Translations under genes and position numbers: made by a program
Notes under the pieces: model-generated
What the model was told of the DNA's origin: nothing
What the model saw: only the letters and a program-made list of their open reading frames with translations
The model's database searches: none
NCBI GenBank assembly: GCA_963743915.1
Contig: CAVURN010000005.1
Span: forward strand, 207,131-271,130
DNA length: 64,000 nt
DNA from: an uncultured Actinomycetota bacterium
Lineage (GTDB): Bacteria > Actinomycetota > Actinomycetes > JAHEKZ01
Direction: 5' to 3'
Part shown: piece by piece, positions 1 through 10,123 of the stretch
Layout of the letters: every line of letters starts with the position of its first letter
Position numbering within the stretch: the stretch's first letter is position 1

Positions 1-257
1 CCTGCCGCTTCCCTGGCTGTCGGCGCTCTGCCGACGCCGCCGGCACCGACCTCGATCACACCGTGCCGTTCCCTGCTGGTGAGACTTCGGCCGGCAACCT
101 CGCCGTCCTCTGCCGACGCCATCACCGCCTCAAGCACCAGGCAGGGTGGAGCGTGTCACTTGCAGCGGATGGCGTGATGACGTGGACCACGCCGAGCGGT
201 CGCACACTGGAGACCCACCCCTGGCAGTACACCGATCCACCACCCGACGACAGCTGA
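1..257 (+). CDS. HNH endonuclease domain protein, C-terminal fragment (5' end outside window)
   Basis: Frame 3 is open from the window edge and reads CRFPGCRR...DLDHTVPF...GNLAVLCRRHHRLKH, a Cys/His HNH nuclease signature like actinobacterial DUF222-HNH proteins. Confidence 0.6.
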   Translation, partial: CRFPGCRRSADAAGTDLDHTVPFPAGETSAGNLAVLCRRHHRLKHQAGWSVSLAADGVMTWTTPSGRTLETHPWQYTDPPPDDS

Positions 258-297
258 TGCCAGGCGTTGGTGGACGGGCGTCCACCACTACGTTTGA

Positions 298-843
298 GTG
301 CGTGCCTTCCTCCGAGGCAATCCGACCCCCGACCTCACCCAGGGTGGGTTCGTCCTTCGTCCGTGGCGCTTCGACGTCGCCGATCTGGCCTTCGTCCGAC
401 AGGCAGCGGCGGACGCCGACATCGCCCGCTACTCGACGGTCGGCGCGGCTCACTCCTCAGCCGCTGCGGAGGCATGGCTGAGGGGTCGCGTGGCGCCCGA
501 TCGCTGCGACTGGGTGATGGAGGCCGACGCCGAACCGGTCGGCCGTGTCAGCATCGCCACCATCGACACCCAGACCCGGAGCGCAGAGCTTGGCTACTGG
601 GTGCTCGCCAGGCACCGGCGCCGAGGCTACGCACGCGCTGGGGTGGCGGTCGCTACCCGCTACGCCGTCGACCGGCTGGGGATGGGCAGCCTTCGGATCG
701 AGCATGAGCGCGCCAACGACGCCTCATGTTCCCTGGCCACTGACGTCGGTTTCGGATCCTGTGCGCCCGCGTCCACGCCGACGCGCGTCGCGGGCACCCT
801 GCGTCACCTGTGGGTGCACACGCGGACCTTCGACAGCCGCTGA
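298..843 (+). CDS. GNAT family N-acetyltransferase (RimJ/RimL-like)
   Basis: 181-aa ORF with the acetyl-CoA binding-type motif ELGYWVLARHRRRGYARAGVAV and a typical GNAT length. Confidence 0.7.
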   Translation: MRAFLRGNPTPDLTQGGFVLRPWRFDVADLAFVRQAAADADIARYSTVGAAHSSAAAEAWLRGRVAPDRCDWVMEADAEPVGRVSIATIDTQTRSAELGYWVLARHRRRGYARAGVAVATRYAVDRLGMGSLRIEHERANDASCSLATDVGFGSCAPASTPTRVAGTLRHLWVHTRTFDSR

Positions 844-845
844 GG

Positions 846-2072
846 TCAGGGCAGCTGGGCCACGGCCTCGGCAAGCCGCGGCGCCAAGTCCCCACGGCGC
901 TTCACCACGACATCGGCCAGGCCGAGCCAGTCGGCCATCCGGCGCAGCTCTGCCGCCAACCGCTCGGCTGTCTCCTGCGGGGCGCCCGGTTCGGACCAGG
1001 AGCTCTGCACGAGCAGCTGGCCGGTCGTCCGCTCGGCCTTGAGGTCGACGCGTGCCACAAGGGAGTCGTCAAGGAGGAAGGGCAGGACGTAGTAGCCGTG
1101 GACCCGCTTGGGCGCGGGGACGTAGATCTCGATCCGGTACCAGAACCCGAAGAGCCGCTCGGTCCGGTCGCGTTCCCAGACCACCGGGTCGAAGGGCGAG
1201 AGCAAGGCGGCCCCGCGGACCCAGCGCGGCAGCCTGACCCCCGGGTCGAGATAGGTGGGAGTGCGCCATCCCTCGACCTGGACGGGCAGCAGCTCGCCGG
1301 CCTCGACCAGCTCGGCGATCCGCGCCCTGGCATCCTGCGCAGGGAGTCGGTAGTAGTCGCGCAGGTCGCGGGCCGTCGCGACTCCGAGCGAGCGGATGGA
1401 GCGACGGAGCAGCTCGCGCTGAGCCTCCGCCCGCCCCGGTGTGGGTGCCGCGATGACCTCGGAGGGCAGCACCCGGTCCGGCACGTCGTAGACGCGCTCG
1501 AAACCACGCCGCTCGCTGGTGGTGATCTCGCCCGCCCAGAACAGGTACTCGAGGGCGCGCTTGACGTCGGACCAGTCCCACCACGGTCCGGTGCGCTTGG
1601 GCAGATGGCGATCGTGCCGTGCGCTGAGCTCGCCTGCGGTGAGCGGGCCGTCCGCACGGACGTCTGCCAGCAGCGTCTCGAGCAGCTTCGGCCGTTCCTC
1701 GGCAATCCGGCGCATGCCTCCCCACGCGTGGTGCTCCGCGTCGTCCATGCGCCACCGGAGCAACGGCTGCGTGTCGACCGGGAGGAGGCTGGCTTCATGG
1801 CCCCAGTACTCGAACAGCAATCGGGGCGGACGGTACGCGGCCCGGTCGAGCAGCTCCACCGGGTAGGGACCCAGCCGGCTGAAGAGCGGGAGGTAGTGCG
1901 CCCGGGCAAGGACGTTGACCGAGTCGATCTGGAACAGACCGGTGCGTGAGAGCACCCGCCGCAAGGAGCGGCGGTCGGGCGCACCCTTGGGCGGCGGGTC
2001 GGTGAAGCCTTGCGCGGCCAGAGCGACCCGACGCGCCTGAGCGAGGGTCAGGAGCTCCGGGATGCGCGGCAT
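846..2072 (-). CDS. Winged-helix DNA-binding protein, YcaQ/AlkZ (DUF1006) family, putative crosslink-repair DNA glycosylase
   Basis: 408-aa ORF with N-terminus LTLAQARRVALAAQGF. Length and overall pattern match the YcaQ family as I recall it. Confidence 0.65.
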   Translation of the reverse strand: MPRIPELLTLAQARRVALAAQGFTDPPPKGAPDRRSLRRVLSRTGLFQIDSVNVLARAHYLPLFSRLGPYPVELLDRAAYRPPRLLFEYWGHEASLLPVDTQPLLRWRMDDAEHHAWGGMRRIAEERPKLLETLLADVRADGPLTAGELSARHDRHLPKRTGPWWDWSDVKRALEYLFWAGEITTSERRGFERVYDVPDRVLPSEVIAAPTPGRAEAQRELLRRSIRSLGVATARDLRDYYRLPAQDARARIAELVEAGELLPVQVEGWRTPTYLDPGVRLPRWVRGAALLSPFDPVVWERDRTERLFGFWYRIEIYVPAPKRVHGYYVLPFLLDDSLVARVDLKAERTTGQLLVQSSWSEPGAPQETAERLAAELRRMADWLGLADVVVKRRGDLAPRLAEAVAQLP

Positions 2073-2103
2073 GGCTCGGGAGCGTAGCCCCGACCTCCGA
2101 CGG

Positions 2104-2823
2104 TCAGGTGATCTCGAGCAGCTTCTCGCGCACGGCGTACACGACAGCCTCCATGCGCGAGTGGAGCTGGAGCTTTTCCAGGATGTTGCGGATGTGGTTC
2201 TTGACGGTGTTCTCCGAGATGAAGAGCTCGCGCGCGATGTCGCGGTTGTTCAGGCCGCGCGCGACGAGCTTGAGCACCTCGAGCTCACGCTCGGTGAGCC
2301 GTGGCGTCGGCACCTGCTGGGTGCGTTCGTGGGATCGCTTCGCCATCAGGGCGAACTCGGTCAGCAGCTTGCTCGCCATCGCGGGGCTGATCAGCGACTG
2401 GCCGTCGTGCACGGCACGCACCGCGGCCGCGACCTCGTCGATCGAGATCTCCTTCAGCAGGTAGCCGGTGGCTCCGGCCTTGATCGCCTCGTAGAGGTCG
2501 GCCTCTTCGTCACTGATGGTCAGCATGATGATGCGGGCGCTCGGTGCGACCTCCTTGATCGCCACGCACGCCTCGATGCCGGAGCCCTTGGGCATCCTCA
2601 CGTCCAGCAGCACGACGTCGGGGAGCAGCTCGGCCGCTCGGTCGACCGCCGCCTCGGCGTCAGCGGCCTCACCGACCACCTCGATGTCGGTCTCCTGGAC
2701 CAGCACCATCTCGAGGCCACGGCGAAAGAGGGCGTGGTCGTCCACGACGAGCACCCGGATGGGGTCCTCACGCCGTTCGCTGCGAGCTGCAGGGGGGACA
2801 GCCCCCTCGGTGTCCGCGGTCAT
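2104..2823 (-). CDS. NarL/LuxR-family two-component response regulator
   Basis: Receiver domain (IRVLVVDDHALFR...DVVLLDVRMP) plus a C-terminal LuxR HTH (LTERELEVLKLVARGLNNRDIARELFISENTVKNH). Confidence 0.85.
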   Translation of the reverse strand: MTADTEGAVPPAARSERREDPIRVLVVDDHALFRRGLEMVLVQETDIEVVGEAADAEAAVDRAAELLPDVVLLDVRMPKGSGIEACVAIKEVAPSARIIMLTISDEEADLYEAIKAGATGYLLKEISIDEVAAAVRAVHDGQSLISPAMASKLLTEFALMAKRSHERTQQVPTPRLTERELEVLKLVARGLNNRDIARELFISENTVKNHIRNILEKLQLHSRMEAVVYAVREKLLEIT

Positions 2824-2927
2824 CTGGTCATGATGGCACGGAATGCCCCCTTCGGGTCACCCATTCGGCCTAGTGGACCACCCGGAAGGACCAGAACTCC
2901 TACCGCCATGGGCTAAGCCCGACCCGG

Positions 2928-3548
2928 TCAGGACGCTGTGGCTCCCGCTGCCGCCGCCTCGACCTCGAGGTGCAGGACTCCGTAGTCGTACCCCTTGCGT
3001 CGGTAGACGACGCTCGGGGTGTCGGTCTCGGCGTCGTGGAAGAGGAAGAAGTCGTGCCCGACGAGCTCCATCTCGTACAGCGCCTGGTCGAGCGTCATCG
3101 CCGGAGCCCGGTGTGTCTTCTCCCGGACCAGGAACGGACCTTCCGGCCCCGACTCCCCGGCGGCCTCAGCCGCAGCTTCTTCGACCATTCCCGCCGTCGG
3201 GGACGCCGCGTGGATGCGCTCGGTGATCGCTCGTCCTTTGCGACGATGGTCGCCGCGACGCTCCGCCGCGCGGCGGAGCCGTTCGACGAGCCGACCGTAG
3301 GCGACGTCGAGCGCTGCATACTTCTCGTCGGCAGAGGCCTCCGCACGGATCACGGGACCTTTGCCATGGCAGGTGAGCTCGACCCGCACGGCGTGGTCAG
3401 CGAGCCGCGGGTTCTGCTCGGCGGACACCTCCACGTCGACGCGGTGGCACTTCCCGTCGTAGCGCTCGATCTTCGTCAACTTCTCGGACACGTGCTCGCG
3501 AAAGCGGTCCGACACCTCGATGTGACGTCCCCGTACGACGATTTCCAT
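2928..3548 (-). CDS. hpf: Ribosome hibernation promoting factor, long form
   Basis: MEIVVRGRHIEVSDRFREHVSEKL N-terminal S30AE domain and a C-terminal dimerisation domain (DFFLFHDAETDTPSVVYRRKGYDYGVL). It sits in the conserved position after comF. Confidence 0.85.
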   Translation of the reverse strand: MEIVVRGRHIEVSDRFREHVSEKLTKIERYDGKCHRVDVEVSAEQNPRLADHAVRVELTCHGKGPVIRAEASADEKYAALDVAYGRLVERLRRAAERRGDHRRKGRAITERIHAASPTAGMVEEAAAEAAGESGPEGPFLVREKTHRAPAMTLDQALYEMELVGHDFFLFHDAETDTPSVVYRRKGYDYGVLHLEVEAAAAGATAS

Positions 3549-3629
3549 GACCCGCCCCTTCGTTGGACCGGCCCCGGCTGCCCGGGGAGGCTCGGCTCTC
3601 GGAACCGAGCTGTGCTCTCACCACGAACG

Positions 3630-4346
3630 CTAGCCCAGCCGCGTGGTGCGGGCGACACCCCATCGGGGTGAGACGGATGCCACGACCGCGGCCCCCACCA
3701 CGCGGCAGCCCGCCGCCTCGAGGGCCCGGTGCGCCTCGTCGAGGGTGGCACCCGTCGTGACGATGTCGTCGACGACGACCACCGAGGCGCCAGCTCGCGT
3801 GACGCGCGCGGCCCGCATGGCCCCGATCATGTTGGCGGCACGCTCCTCGGCACCCAGGCCGCCCTGGTCGGCGACCGACCGCTGCCAGCGCAGCACCGGG
3901 CCGCCACTCACCGAGTCGGGGCACCAGCGGGCTGCCGCACGAGCGAGTCGCCGGGCGTGGTCGTGACCGCGCCCGCGGACGGCAGTGCCTCGGGAGGGAG
4001 CCGAGACCAGGTGGACGCCACCGTCCCGTCGCTCCACACGAGCGTCTGCCAGCAGCGTGCTCAGCCCGGACGCGGCCAGCCGTCCCAGCGGACCTGCCAG
4101 TGACAGCTGGGAGTGCTCTTTGTGCGCGAGGATGGCCGAGCGCACCGGGCCCTCGTAGTCGGCGGCGGCATGGACCAGGTGCCCCCGGGGGGTCCGCACC
4201 ACGTGGGGGTCGTACACCTCGCGGACGCACGCCTCGCACCAAGGGCGACCGGGGCTGCCGCACTGCAGGCAGCGCCGACCGAGGGCGAGGTCGCCCAGGG
4301 AGACCCAGAGTGGTGTCATCCGGACACTGTGCCGACGGGGCGTCAT
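3630..4346 (-). CDS. ComF family phosphoribosyltransferase-like protein
   Basis: N-terminal Cys pairs (CLQCGSPGRPWCEAC) and a PRTase motif (VVVVDDIVTTGATL). It lies between lpqB and hpf as in other actinobacteria. Confidence 0.75.
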   Translation of the reverse strand: MTPRRHSVRMTPLWVSLGDLALGRRCLQCGSPGRPWCEACVREVYDPHVVRTPRGHLVHAAADYEGPVRSAILAHKEHSQLSLAGPLGRLAASGLSTLLADARVERRDGGVHLVSAPSRGTAVRGRGHDHARRLARAAARWCPDSVSGGPVLRWQRSVADQGGLGAEERAANMIGAMRAARVTRAGASVVVVDDIVTTGATLDEAHRALEAAGCRVVGAAVVASVSPRWGVARTTRLG

Positions 4347-4382
4347 CGGCCGCCGCCTCTTCGGTCAGGTGTGGACGAGCCT

Positions 4383-6107
4383 CTACCCGGGGTAGGCGGG
4401 ATCGCGCCCTCGACCGACGGTGCGCCACCCCGTCTCGACGTACTCGGCGATCTCGTTCTCCGCGGTGCCGGCCAGGATCAGCTGGTTCGGCGCAGCCGTG
4501 ATCTCCTTCACCGATGCGAGCGAGATGCCAGTGACGGGTTCCACCGTCCCGTTCACGAAGACCGTCGTCGGCTCGAGCGCCGAGCCTCTGGTCCCCCCGA
4601 CCACGACGAGACGATCCGCTCCGGCCCACGACAGCGCACTGACGTCGACCAACGTGAGCTCCACGGGTCGGAACGCCTCGACTTTGGTGTCCCGGCCCGA
4701 GCGCACGATGCGTCCGATGAGCAGTCGGCCCTGTCCCCGCTGGTCGCGCACGACCACGGCGACCCGGGTGCCGTCGACCGAGACCCGGAAACCGGTCAGG
4801 CGTCCTGCGATCGGGGGGAAGGTCACCTGCCGCCACGGTCCGGCGTCGACCGACCGCGACACCTGCGGCACCTCGGCTCCGGTGTCGACCACCCACACAT
4901 CACCCTGACCGTCCACCGACGCGGGCAGCAGGCGCCTCCCGGAGATCTGTCGCGCGACGCCGTCCGAGACGAAGGGGGTGGTGAGCCACAAGGTCCGGGC
5001 GTCAGCACTCAACCCCGTGACCACCGACCCGTCCCAGGACTGCGAGGGGCTCCGCACCTCGCGGTCACCACTTCCCAGCACCCCTTCGGTGGGGACGGGG
5101 TCGCCGTCATCGCTCCAGGAGCTGACCGTCCCTCCCTTCACGAACAGCGCACCGAGCGCCGACACCAAGGCGTCCGAGTCGTACGTCGCCCAGGTGTCGG
5201 CATCCATCACCGCCGGCGCGGTGGGGAGCTGCAGCGGGTTGCCCTCGACACTGATCGTCACCCCGGTGACCTCGGGGATCTGGAGCATCGTCATCGTCAC
5301 CTGGGCAGCCGCGAGCTCGCGATCCTGCACACCCGTGTCGAGGAAGTCTGTGGACAGATCGACCTGAGCGACGCCGTTCTCGACGGGCACCGAGCTGACG
5401 ACCAACGAGGTCCCCACGGGAATCGTGCTCTGCACCGCGGGCCGCAGCCAACGGGTCGGCCCGTCGAGCAGGGCGCGCATCAGGCTGGTGGTGCTACCGG
5501 CCTGCTCCAGCGGGATGTACACGGGGTCGGGGACCAGGAGCGAGCCGTCAGGGTTGAAGAAGAAGGTGTTGAACGCGCGGTACGCGCGTTCAACGTCGAA
5601 CCGGTTGAGCAGGAGACCCTGCGGCAGGTGCCCGATCCGCCACTCACCGTCCACCCGCTGCAGCTGGAACGAGCGCTGGATGGGGATCCCGGCCTCGGGG
5701 GTGAGAGCGCCGTCGACCCCGATGGTGCCCACCTGACGCGCAGACATCAGCACTCGACTGGCCTCCCGGCGCAGCTCGTACCCCGGGATGTCGTCGATGA
5801 CGGTCACCCCGGCGTTGGGGTCCCACCGGGTGGACGCCGCCGGGGTCAGGAAGAGGCGGGCCACCGCGTGGTCGTTCTCGAAGCTGGCCGACGCCGACAG
5901 GAACCCGTTGACGACCTCTTCCGGCGTGGCACCGCTCGCGGGAGCGCGCGGGAGCACCCGGACGATCGGGTCGTCGGCAGCTGCGCGCACCTGGTCACCG
6001 CGCTCCACCGGACCGCTGGTGGGCAGCTCCGCGCACCCGACCGTCACGGTGGCGAGGAGCGCCACCAGCAGCAGGCGGCGGATCCCGGTCCTCGAGGACC
6101 TAGCCAT
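4383..6107 (-). CDS. lpqB: Lipoprotein LpqB
   Basis: Start chosen at ATG 6107 (MARSSRTGIRRLLLVALLATVTVGC lipobox), overlapping the mtrB stop by 8 nt. This is the conserved partner of mtrAB. Confidence 0.8.
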   Translation of the reverse strand: MARSSRTGIRRLLLVALLATVTVGCAELPTSGPVERGDQVRAAADDPIVRVLPRAPASGATPEEVVNGFLSASASFENDHAVARLFLTPAASTRWDPNAGVTVIDDIPGYELRREASRVLMSARQVGTIGVDGALTPEAGIPIQRSFQLQRVDGEWRIGHLPQGLLLNRFDVERAYRAFNTFFFNPDGSLLVPDPVYIPLEQAGSTTSLMRALLDGPTRWLRPAVQSTIPVGTSLVVSSVPVENGVAQVDLSTDFLDTGVQDRELAAAQVTMTMLQIPEVTGVTISVEGNPLQLPTAPAVMDADTWATYDSDALVSALGALFVKGGTVSSWSDDGDPVPTEGVLGSGDREVRSPSQSWDGSVVTGLSADARTLWLTTPFVSDGVARQISGRRLLPASVDGQGDVWVVDTGAEVPQVSRSVDAGPWRQVTFPPIAGRLTGFRVSVDGTRVAVVVRDQRGQGRLLIGRIVRSGRDTKVEAFRPVELTLVDVSALSWAGADRLVVVGGTRGSALEPTTVFVNGTVEPVTGISLASVKEITAAPNQLILAGTAENEIAEYVETGWRTVGRGRDPAYPG

Positions 6108-7773
6108 CTGCTCGACCCTCGGGAGCCGATGACCGCCGCGGGCCGCCGACACTCAGGGGCATCCGACGGCCGGTACGCATGTCCGGCGGGTCAAGCGGAA
6201 GGGGAGCCTTGTCGATCTCCGCACCCAGTCGGCGCGGCAGGGTCAGCCGGAAGCTCGCGCCGTCGCCGGGTTCACCCCACGCCTGCAGCCAGCCACCGTG
6301 GAGGTGGGCGTCCTCGAGGGCGATGGGGAGCCCGAGCCCGGTGCCGCCGAGCGAACGTGCCCGGGCGGGATCGGCCCGCCAGAAGCGGTTGAACACCAGC
6401 GACGACTCACCGGGCCGCAGGCCGGTCCCGTGGTCGCGGACGCAGACGGCCACCGCGTCGTCCGAGACTCCGACTCGGACGTCGATCGGTTCGCCCTCAC
6501 CGTGCTCGAACGCGTTGGCGAGCAGGTTGCGCAGGATGCGGTCGACCCGGCGTGGGTCGTACTCCGCCGTGGCCGGCTCCGCACACGGGTGCAGCCGGAC
6601 CTCGGTGCCCATCCGCTCGGCCAGCGGACGCATCACCTCGACGACGGAGGCGACGGTGTCACGCAGGTCACCGCGGACCGGGTCGAGGGTCGCGGCCCCG
6701 GCATCGAACCGGGAGATCTCGAGGAGGTCGGCAAGCAGAGCCTCGAACCGGTCGAGCTGGTTCTGCAGCAGCTCCGCCGAGCGCGCGGTTGCCGGGTCGA
6801 ACGAGCCTCGCGCCTCGTGCAGCACGTCGGTCGCCATCCGGACGGTGGTGAGGGGTGTGCGCAGCTCGTGGGAGACGTCCGACACGAAGCGGCGCTGCAC
6901 CCGGGACAGGTCCTCGAGCTGGCTGATCTTCAGCTGCAGGCTCTCCGCCATGTCGTTGAAAGACCGGGCCAGCCGCGCCAGGTCGTCCTCGCCGCGGACC
7001 TTCATGCGTTCGGACAGGTGTCCTGCGGAGAACTCCTCGGCGATCGCCGCCGCATAGCGCACCGGGTCGACGACCTGACGCGTGACGAACCACGAGATCC
7101 ACGCGAGCAGCAGCACCAGGACCAGCCCGGCGAACATCAGGGTCCGTTCGACGAGGTCCAGCGTCTGCTGCTCCTGGGTGAGCGGAAAGAGGTAGTAGAG
7201 CTCCGCGGCGCCGAGACCAGGCACATCCAGCGGCGCACCGACCGCGAAGCCCGGCACCGAGGGCCGGCCGTCGCCATAGCTGATCTCGGTGAACGTCGAC
7301 GCCTGCACACCGTCCAGCTGGACGGCCTCCCGCAGGTCCGCCGGCACACTCGCCTCGCGCACCGGGCTGGAGCTGAACTGCTGGAACGACGTCGACGGGC
7401 TCAGCAGCAGGACGTCGTACAGCCGAGGGGTGCCCGCGCCGCGGTTGGCCATCTGGACGAAGACCTGTTGCACCAGCTGCGGAGCAGTGTCCGGGTCGGC
7501 CTGGTCGGATGCCGCGATCAGCGCCTCGGCCTGGTTGAGCCCGGCGCGTGCCTCGACCAGGGAGGCTCGCTGTCGGGCGTCGAGGAGCCCGGAGGTGATG
7601 CGACCGACGAGGATCTGGCCCAGCACGACGACGACGACCAGGGAGAGCGCGAGGGTCGTGGCGACGACCCGCAGGTACAGCGACGAGCGCCAGCGGTGCC
7701 GGACCGCGCCGACGGTCCGGCCCATCCAGCGTCCGACCGGCCCGCGGCCGAGGCTGCCTGCGTGGAGGTCCAT
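6100..7773 (-). CDS. mtrB: Sensor histidine kinase MtrB
   Basis: Two TM segments, HAMP, H-box FVSDVSHELRTPLT, and N/G boxes (LRNLLANAFEHG, DHGTGL, GGTGLGL). Directly downstream of mtrA. Confidence 0.85.
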   Translation of the reverse strand: MDLHAGSLGRGPVGRWMGRTVGAVRHRWRSSLYLRVVATTLALSLVVVVVLGQILVGRITSGLLDARQRASLVEARAGLNQAEALIAASDQADPDTAPQLVQQVFVQMANRGAGTPRLYDVLLLSPSTSFQQFSSSPVREASVPADLREAVQLDGVQASTFTEISYGDGRPSVPGFAVGAPLDVPGLGAAELYYLFPLTQEQQTLDLVERTLMFAGLVLVLLLAWISWFVTRQVVDPVRYAAAIAEEFSAGHLSERMKVRGEDDLARLARSFNDMAESLQLKISQLEDLSRVQRRFVSDVSHELRTPLTTVRMATDVLHEARGSFDPATARSAELLQNQLDRFEALLADLLEISRFDAGAATLDPVRGDLRDTVASVVEVMRPLAERMGTEVRLHPCAEPATAEYDPRRVDRILRNLLANAFEHGEGEPIDVRVGVSDDAVAVCVRDHGTGLRPGESSLVFNRFWRADPARARSLGGTGLGLPIALEDAHLHGGWLQAWGEPGDGASFRLTLPRRLGAEIDKAPLPLDPPDMRTGRRMPLSVGGPRRSSAPEGRADG

Positions 7774-7776
7774 GCC

Positions 7777-8454
7777 CTAGGCCGGACCGGCCTTGTACCC
7801 GACCCCTCGGACGGTCACGACGATCTCCGGGTGCTCGGGGTCGCGCTCGATCTTCGACCGCAGCCGCTGCACGTGGACGTTGACCAACCGGGTGTCCGCC
7901 GCGTGACGGTACCCCCACACCTGCTCGAGCAGGATCTCCCGGGTGAACACCTGCCACGGCTTGCGGGCCAGGGCCACCAGGAGGTCGAACTCCAGCGGTG
8001 TCAGGGAGATCGCCTCGCCGTCCCGCTTGACGGTGTGACCGGGCACGTCGATCGACAGGTCGCCGATCTCCAGCGACTCCGGGCGGCCCTCGTCTGTGCG
8101 GCGCATCCGCGCGCGGATGCGCGCCACGAGCTCCTTCGGTTTGAAGGGCTTGACCACGTAGTCGTCCGCGCCCGTCTCCAGACCGAGCACGACGTCGACC
8201 GTGTCGCCCTTGGCGGTGAGCATGACGATCGGCACCCCGGACTCTGCGCGGATCTCGCGGCAGATCTCGATGCCGTCCCTTCCCGGCAGCATGAGATCGA
8301 GCAGCACCAGGTCGGGGTTGAACTCCTTGAAGGCCGCCACCGCCCGCTCCCCGTCGGCGCACAGATAGGGCTCAAAGCCTTCTCCGCGCAGCACGATGCC
8401 GAGCATCTCCGACAGCGCGGTGTCGTCGTCCACGACCAGGATGCGTCCCTTCAT
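7777..8454 (-). CDS. mtrA: OmpR-family response regulator MtrA
   Basis: Internal ATG 8454 gives MKGRILVVDDD...LDLMLPGRDG and a winged-helix output (LTPLEFDLLVALARKPWQVFTREILLEQVWGY). The upstream part of the 282-aa ORF is Arg/Ala-rich and has no homology pattern. Confidence 0.9.
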   Translation of the reverse strand: MKGRILVVDDDTALSEMLGIVLRGEGFEPYLCADGERAVAAFKEFNPDLVLLDLMLPGRDGIEICREIRAESGVPIVMLTAKGDTVDVVLGLETGADDYVVKPFKPKELVARIRARMRRTDEGRPESLEIGDLSIDVPGHTVKRDGEAISLTPLEFDLLVALARKPWQVFTREILLEQVWGYRHAADTRLVNVHVQRLRSKIERDPEHPEIVVTVRGVGYKAGPA

Positions 8455-8504
8455 GGCGCCCATCGTCGCACCTCGGGCCCGGACGTGGCACCACGACGCT
8501 CCTC

Positions 8505-9497
8505 GTGCCACCGTGGCACGATGGCGCGATGACCGACGACCCCACGCCACCGGACGCGTCGCCGGGCCCGACCCCGCCCACGGCCTGGACGCCGCCGCCG
8601 CCGATGGGGAGCTGGGGACCCCCACCTCCCGCTCAGAAGCCCGGTGTCATCCCCCTGCGTCCGCTCGGCATCCCCGAGCTCCTGGACGGGGCCATCACGG
8701 CCATCCGCCGGTACCCCCGTTCGATCCTTGTGCCGTCGTTCGTCGTGGCGCTCGCCCTCGGGCTGCTGGGGTTCGTCACGTCGCTGCTCACCATCGGGAT
8801 CTACGACGGCCTCGCCGACCTGGACCCGGAGACCGCGAGCGGCAGCGACATCGTCGGTCTCCTCGGGCCGACCCTGCTGCTGACCCTGGTGTCGGCACTC
8901 TTCCAGCTCGTCGCCACGGTGCTGCTCACCGGCATCGTGACGGTCGTGATGGGTGAGGCGGTGCTGGGGCGCGAGATCAGTCTCGAGGAGGCGTGGCAGC
9001 GGGTGCGGCCGCATGCCTGGGCCCTGATCGGGCTCTCGCTGCTGACGACGCTGATCCTGATCCCGCTGTTCCTGCTCTGCGTGCTGCCCGGCATCTGGGT
9101 GGGCGTCGGGCTCTCGCTGGCGTCGGCTGCGCTCGTGCTCGAGCGCTCCGGCGTCGGGGCCGCACTGAGCCGCTCGTGGCAGCTGGTCAAGGGCGCCTGG
9201 TGGCGTACCTTCGGCGCGCTCGCGCTGATGGTGCTGATCTACTTCGTCATCAGCGCCGCCGTCAGCATCCCGTTCTCCGTGCCCGAGTTCGTCGCGCCCT
9301 CGATCGACCCGGTCAACCTGACGGTGGACGAGACCCGCTTCATCATCAACACGACCATCAGCACGGTGGGCAGCGTCATCGTCTCGACCATCACGCTGCC
9401 CTTCGTCGCTGCCGTGATCGCACTGATCTACATCGACCGTCGGATGCGGGTGGAGGGGCTCGACATCACCCTGGCTCGGCAGGCACAGGGGCTGTGA
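8505..9497 (+). CDS. Polytopic membrane protein with Pro-rich N-terminus (function unknown)
   Basis: 330-aa ORF with a PPPP-rich cytoplasmic head followed by several hydrophobic helices. Its stop overlaps the next start (GTGA). The start is uncertain; ATG 8529 is possible. Confidence 0.5.
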   Translation: MPPWHDGAMTDDPTPPDASPGPTPPTAWTPPPPMGSWGPPPPAQKPGVIPLRPLGIPELLDGAITAIRRYPRSILVPSFVVALALGLLGFVTSLLTIGIYDGLADLDPETASGSDIVGLLGPTLLLTLVSALFQLVATVLLTGIVTVVMGEAVLGREISLEEAWQRVRPHAWALIGLSLLTTLILIPLFLLCVLPGIWVGVGLSLASAALVLERSGVGAALSRSWQLVKGAWWRTFGALALMVLIYFVISAAVSIPFSVPEFVAPSIDPVNLTVDETRFIINTTISTVGSVIVSTITLPFVAAVIALIYIDRRMRVEGLDITLARQAQGL

Positions 9498-10123
9498 CTG
9501 CGCCGTGGGGCATCCCCGTCGACATCGGTGGGCCCGAGGCACGTGACCTGGCGCTGCGCGAGCTCGCCGACCCCGTCTACGCACGGGCGCAGCCGCCGTG
9601 GTGGCAGCGAGCCGCCACCTGGCTCTGGGACCGCATCGGGTCAGCCGTCAGTGATCTCGTCGGTGCCGCCGACGGCGTCGTCTGGATCATCGTCCTGGTC
9701 GCCGTGATCAGCCTGCTGCTCCTGGTCGTCGCCCGCCGGGTCGGATGGGTGGCGCGTCGACACCCCGCACGCGGTGCGGTCTTCACCGATCGCACCGTGA
9801 GCGCCGCCGCGCACCGTGCCTCGGCGTCCGACGCCGCCGCGCGCGCCGACTGGACCACCGCCACCCTGGAGATCTTCCGTGCGCTGGTCCGGTCCATGGA
9901 GGAGCGCGGCGCCGTCGACGCCCGCCCAGGGCGAACGGCCGACGAGGCTGCGGCTGCGGGTGCGGCCACGTTCCCGTCGTCGCGCACTGCCCTGTCCGAT
10001 GCGGCACGCACCTTCGACGAGGTCGCGTACGGCGGACGCCCGGGCACCGCAGCGGGCTACGACCGGTTGCGGGACCTCGACGCCGCCCTGCGGTCCACCT
10101 CGATGGTGGGGCAGCCGGCATGA
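9494..10123 (+). CDS. DUF4129 domain membrane protein
   Basis: GTG 9494 overlaps the upstream stop. One TM (VVWIIVLVAVISLLLLVV) and a C-terminal helical domain ending TFDEVAYGGRPG, typical of DUF4129 proteins next to MoxR/DUF58. Confidence 0.55.
   Translation: MTAPWGIPVDIGGPEARDLALRELADPVYARAQPPWWQRAATWLWDRIGSAVSDLVGAADGVVWIIVLVAVISLLLLVVARRVGWVARRHPARGAVFTDRTVSAAAHRASASDAAARADWTTATLEIFRALVRSMEERGAVDARPGRTADEAAAAGAATFPSSRTALSDAARTFDEVAYGGRPGTAAGYDRLRDLDAALRSTSMVGQPA

Noticed and set aside
1-257. HNH nuclease fragment as evidence of a mobile element or prophage edge.
   Set aside because: Only the last ~85 codons are in the window, and no integrase, repeat or att-like sequence follows. DUF222-HNH genes are common stand-alone chromosomal genes in actinobacteria.
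8993-9493. Upstream extensions of the DUF4129, DUF4350, MoxR, mtrA and glpX ORFs (for example 8993-9493, 9745-10119, 10626-11246, 8455-8625 and 57121-57411).
   Set aside because: Each extension overlaps the preceding gene or a divergent control region. Internal starts that coincide with stop/start overlaps or Shine-Dalgarno-like sequences give proteins of the expected family length.
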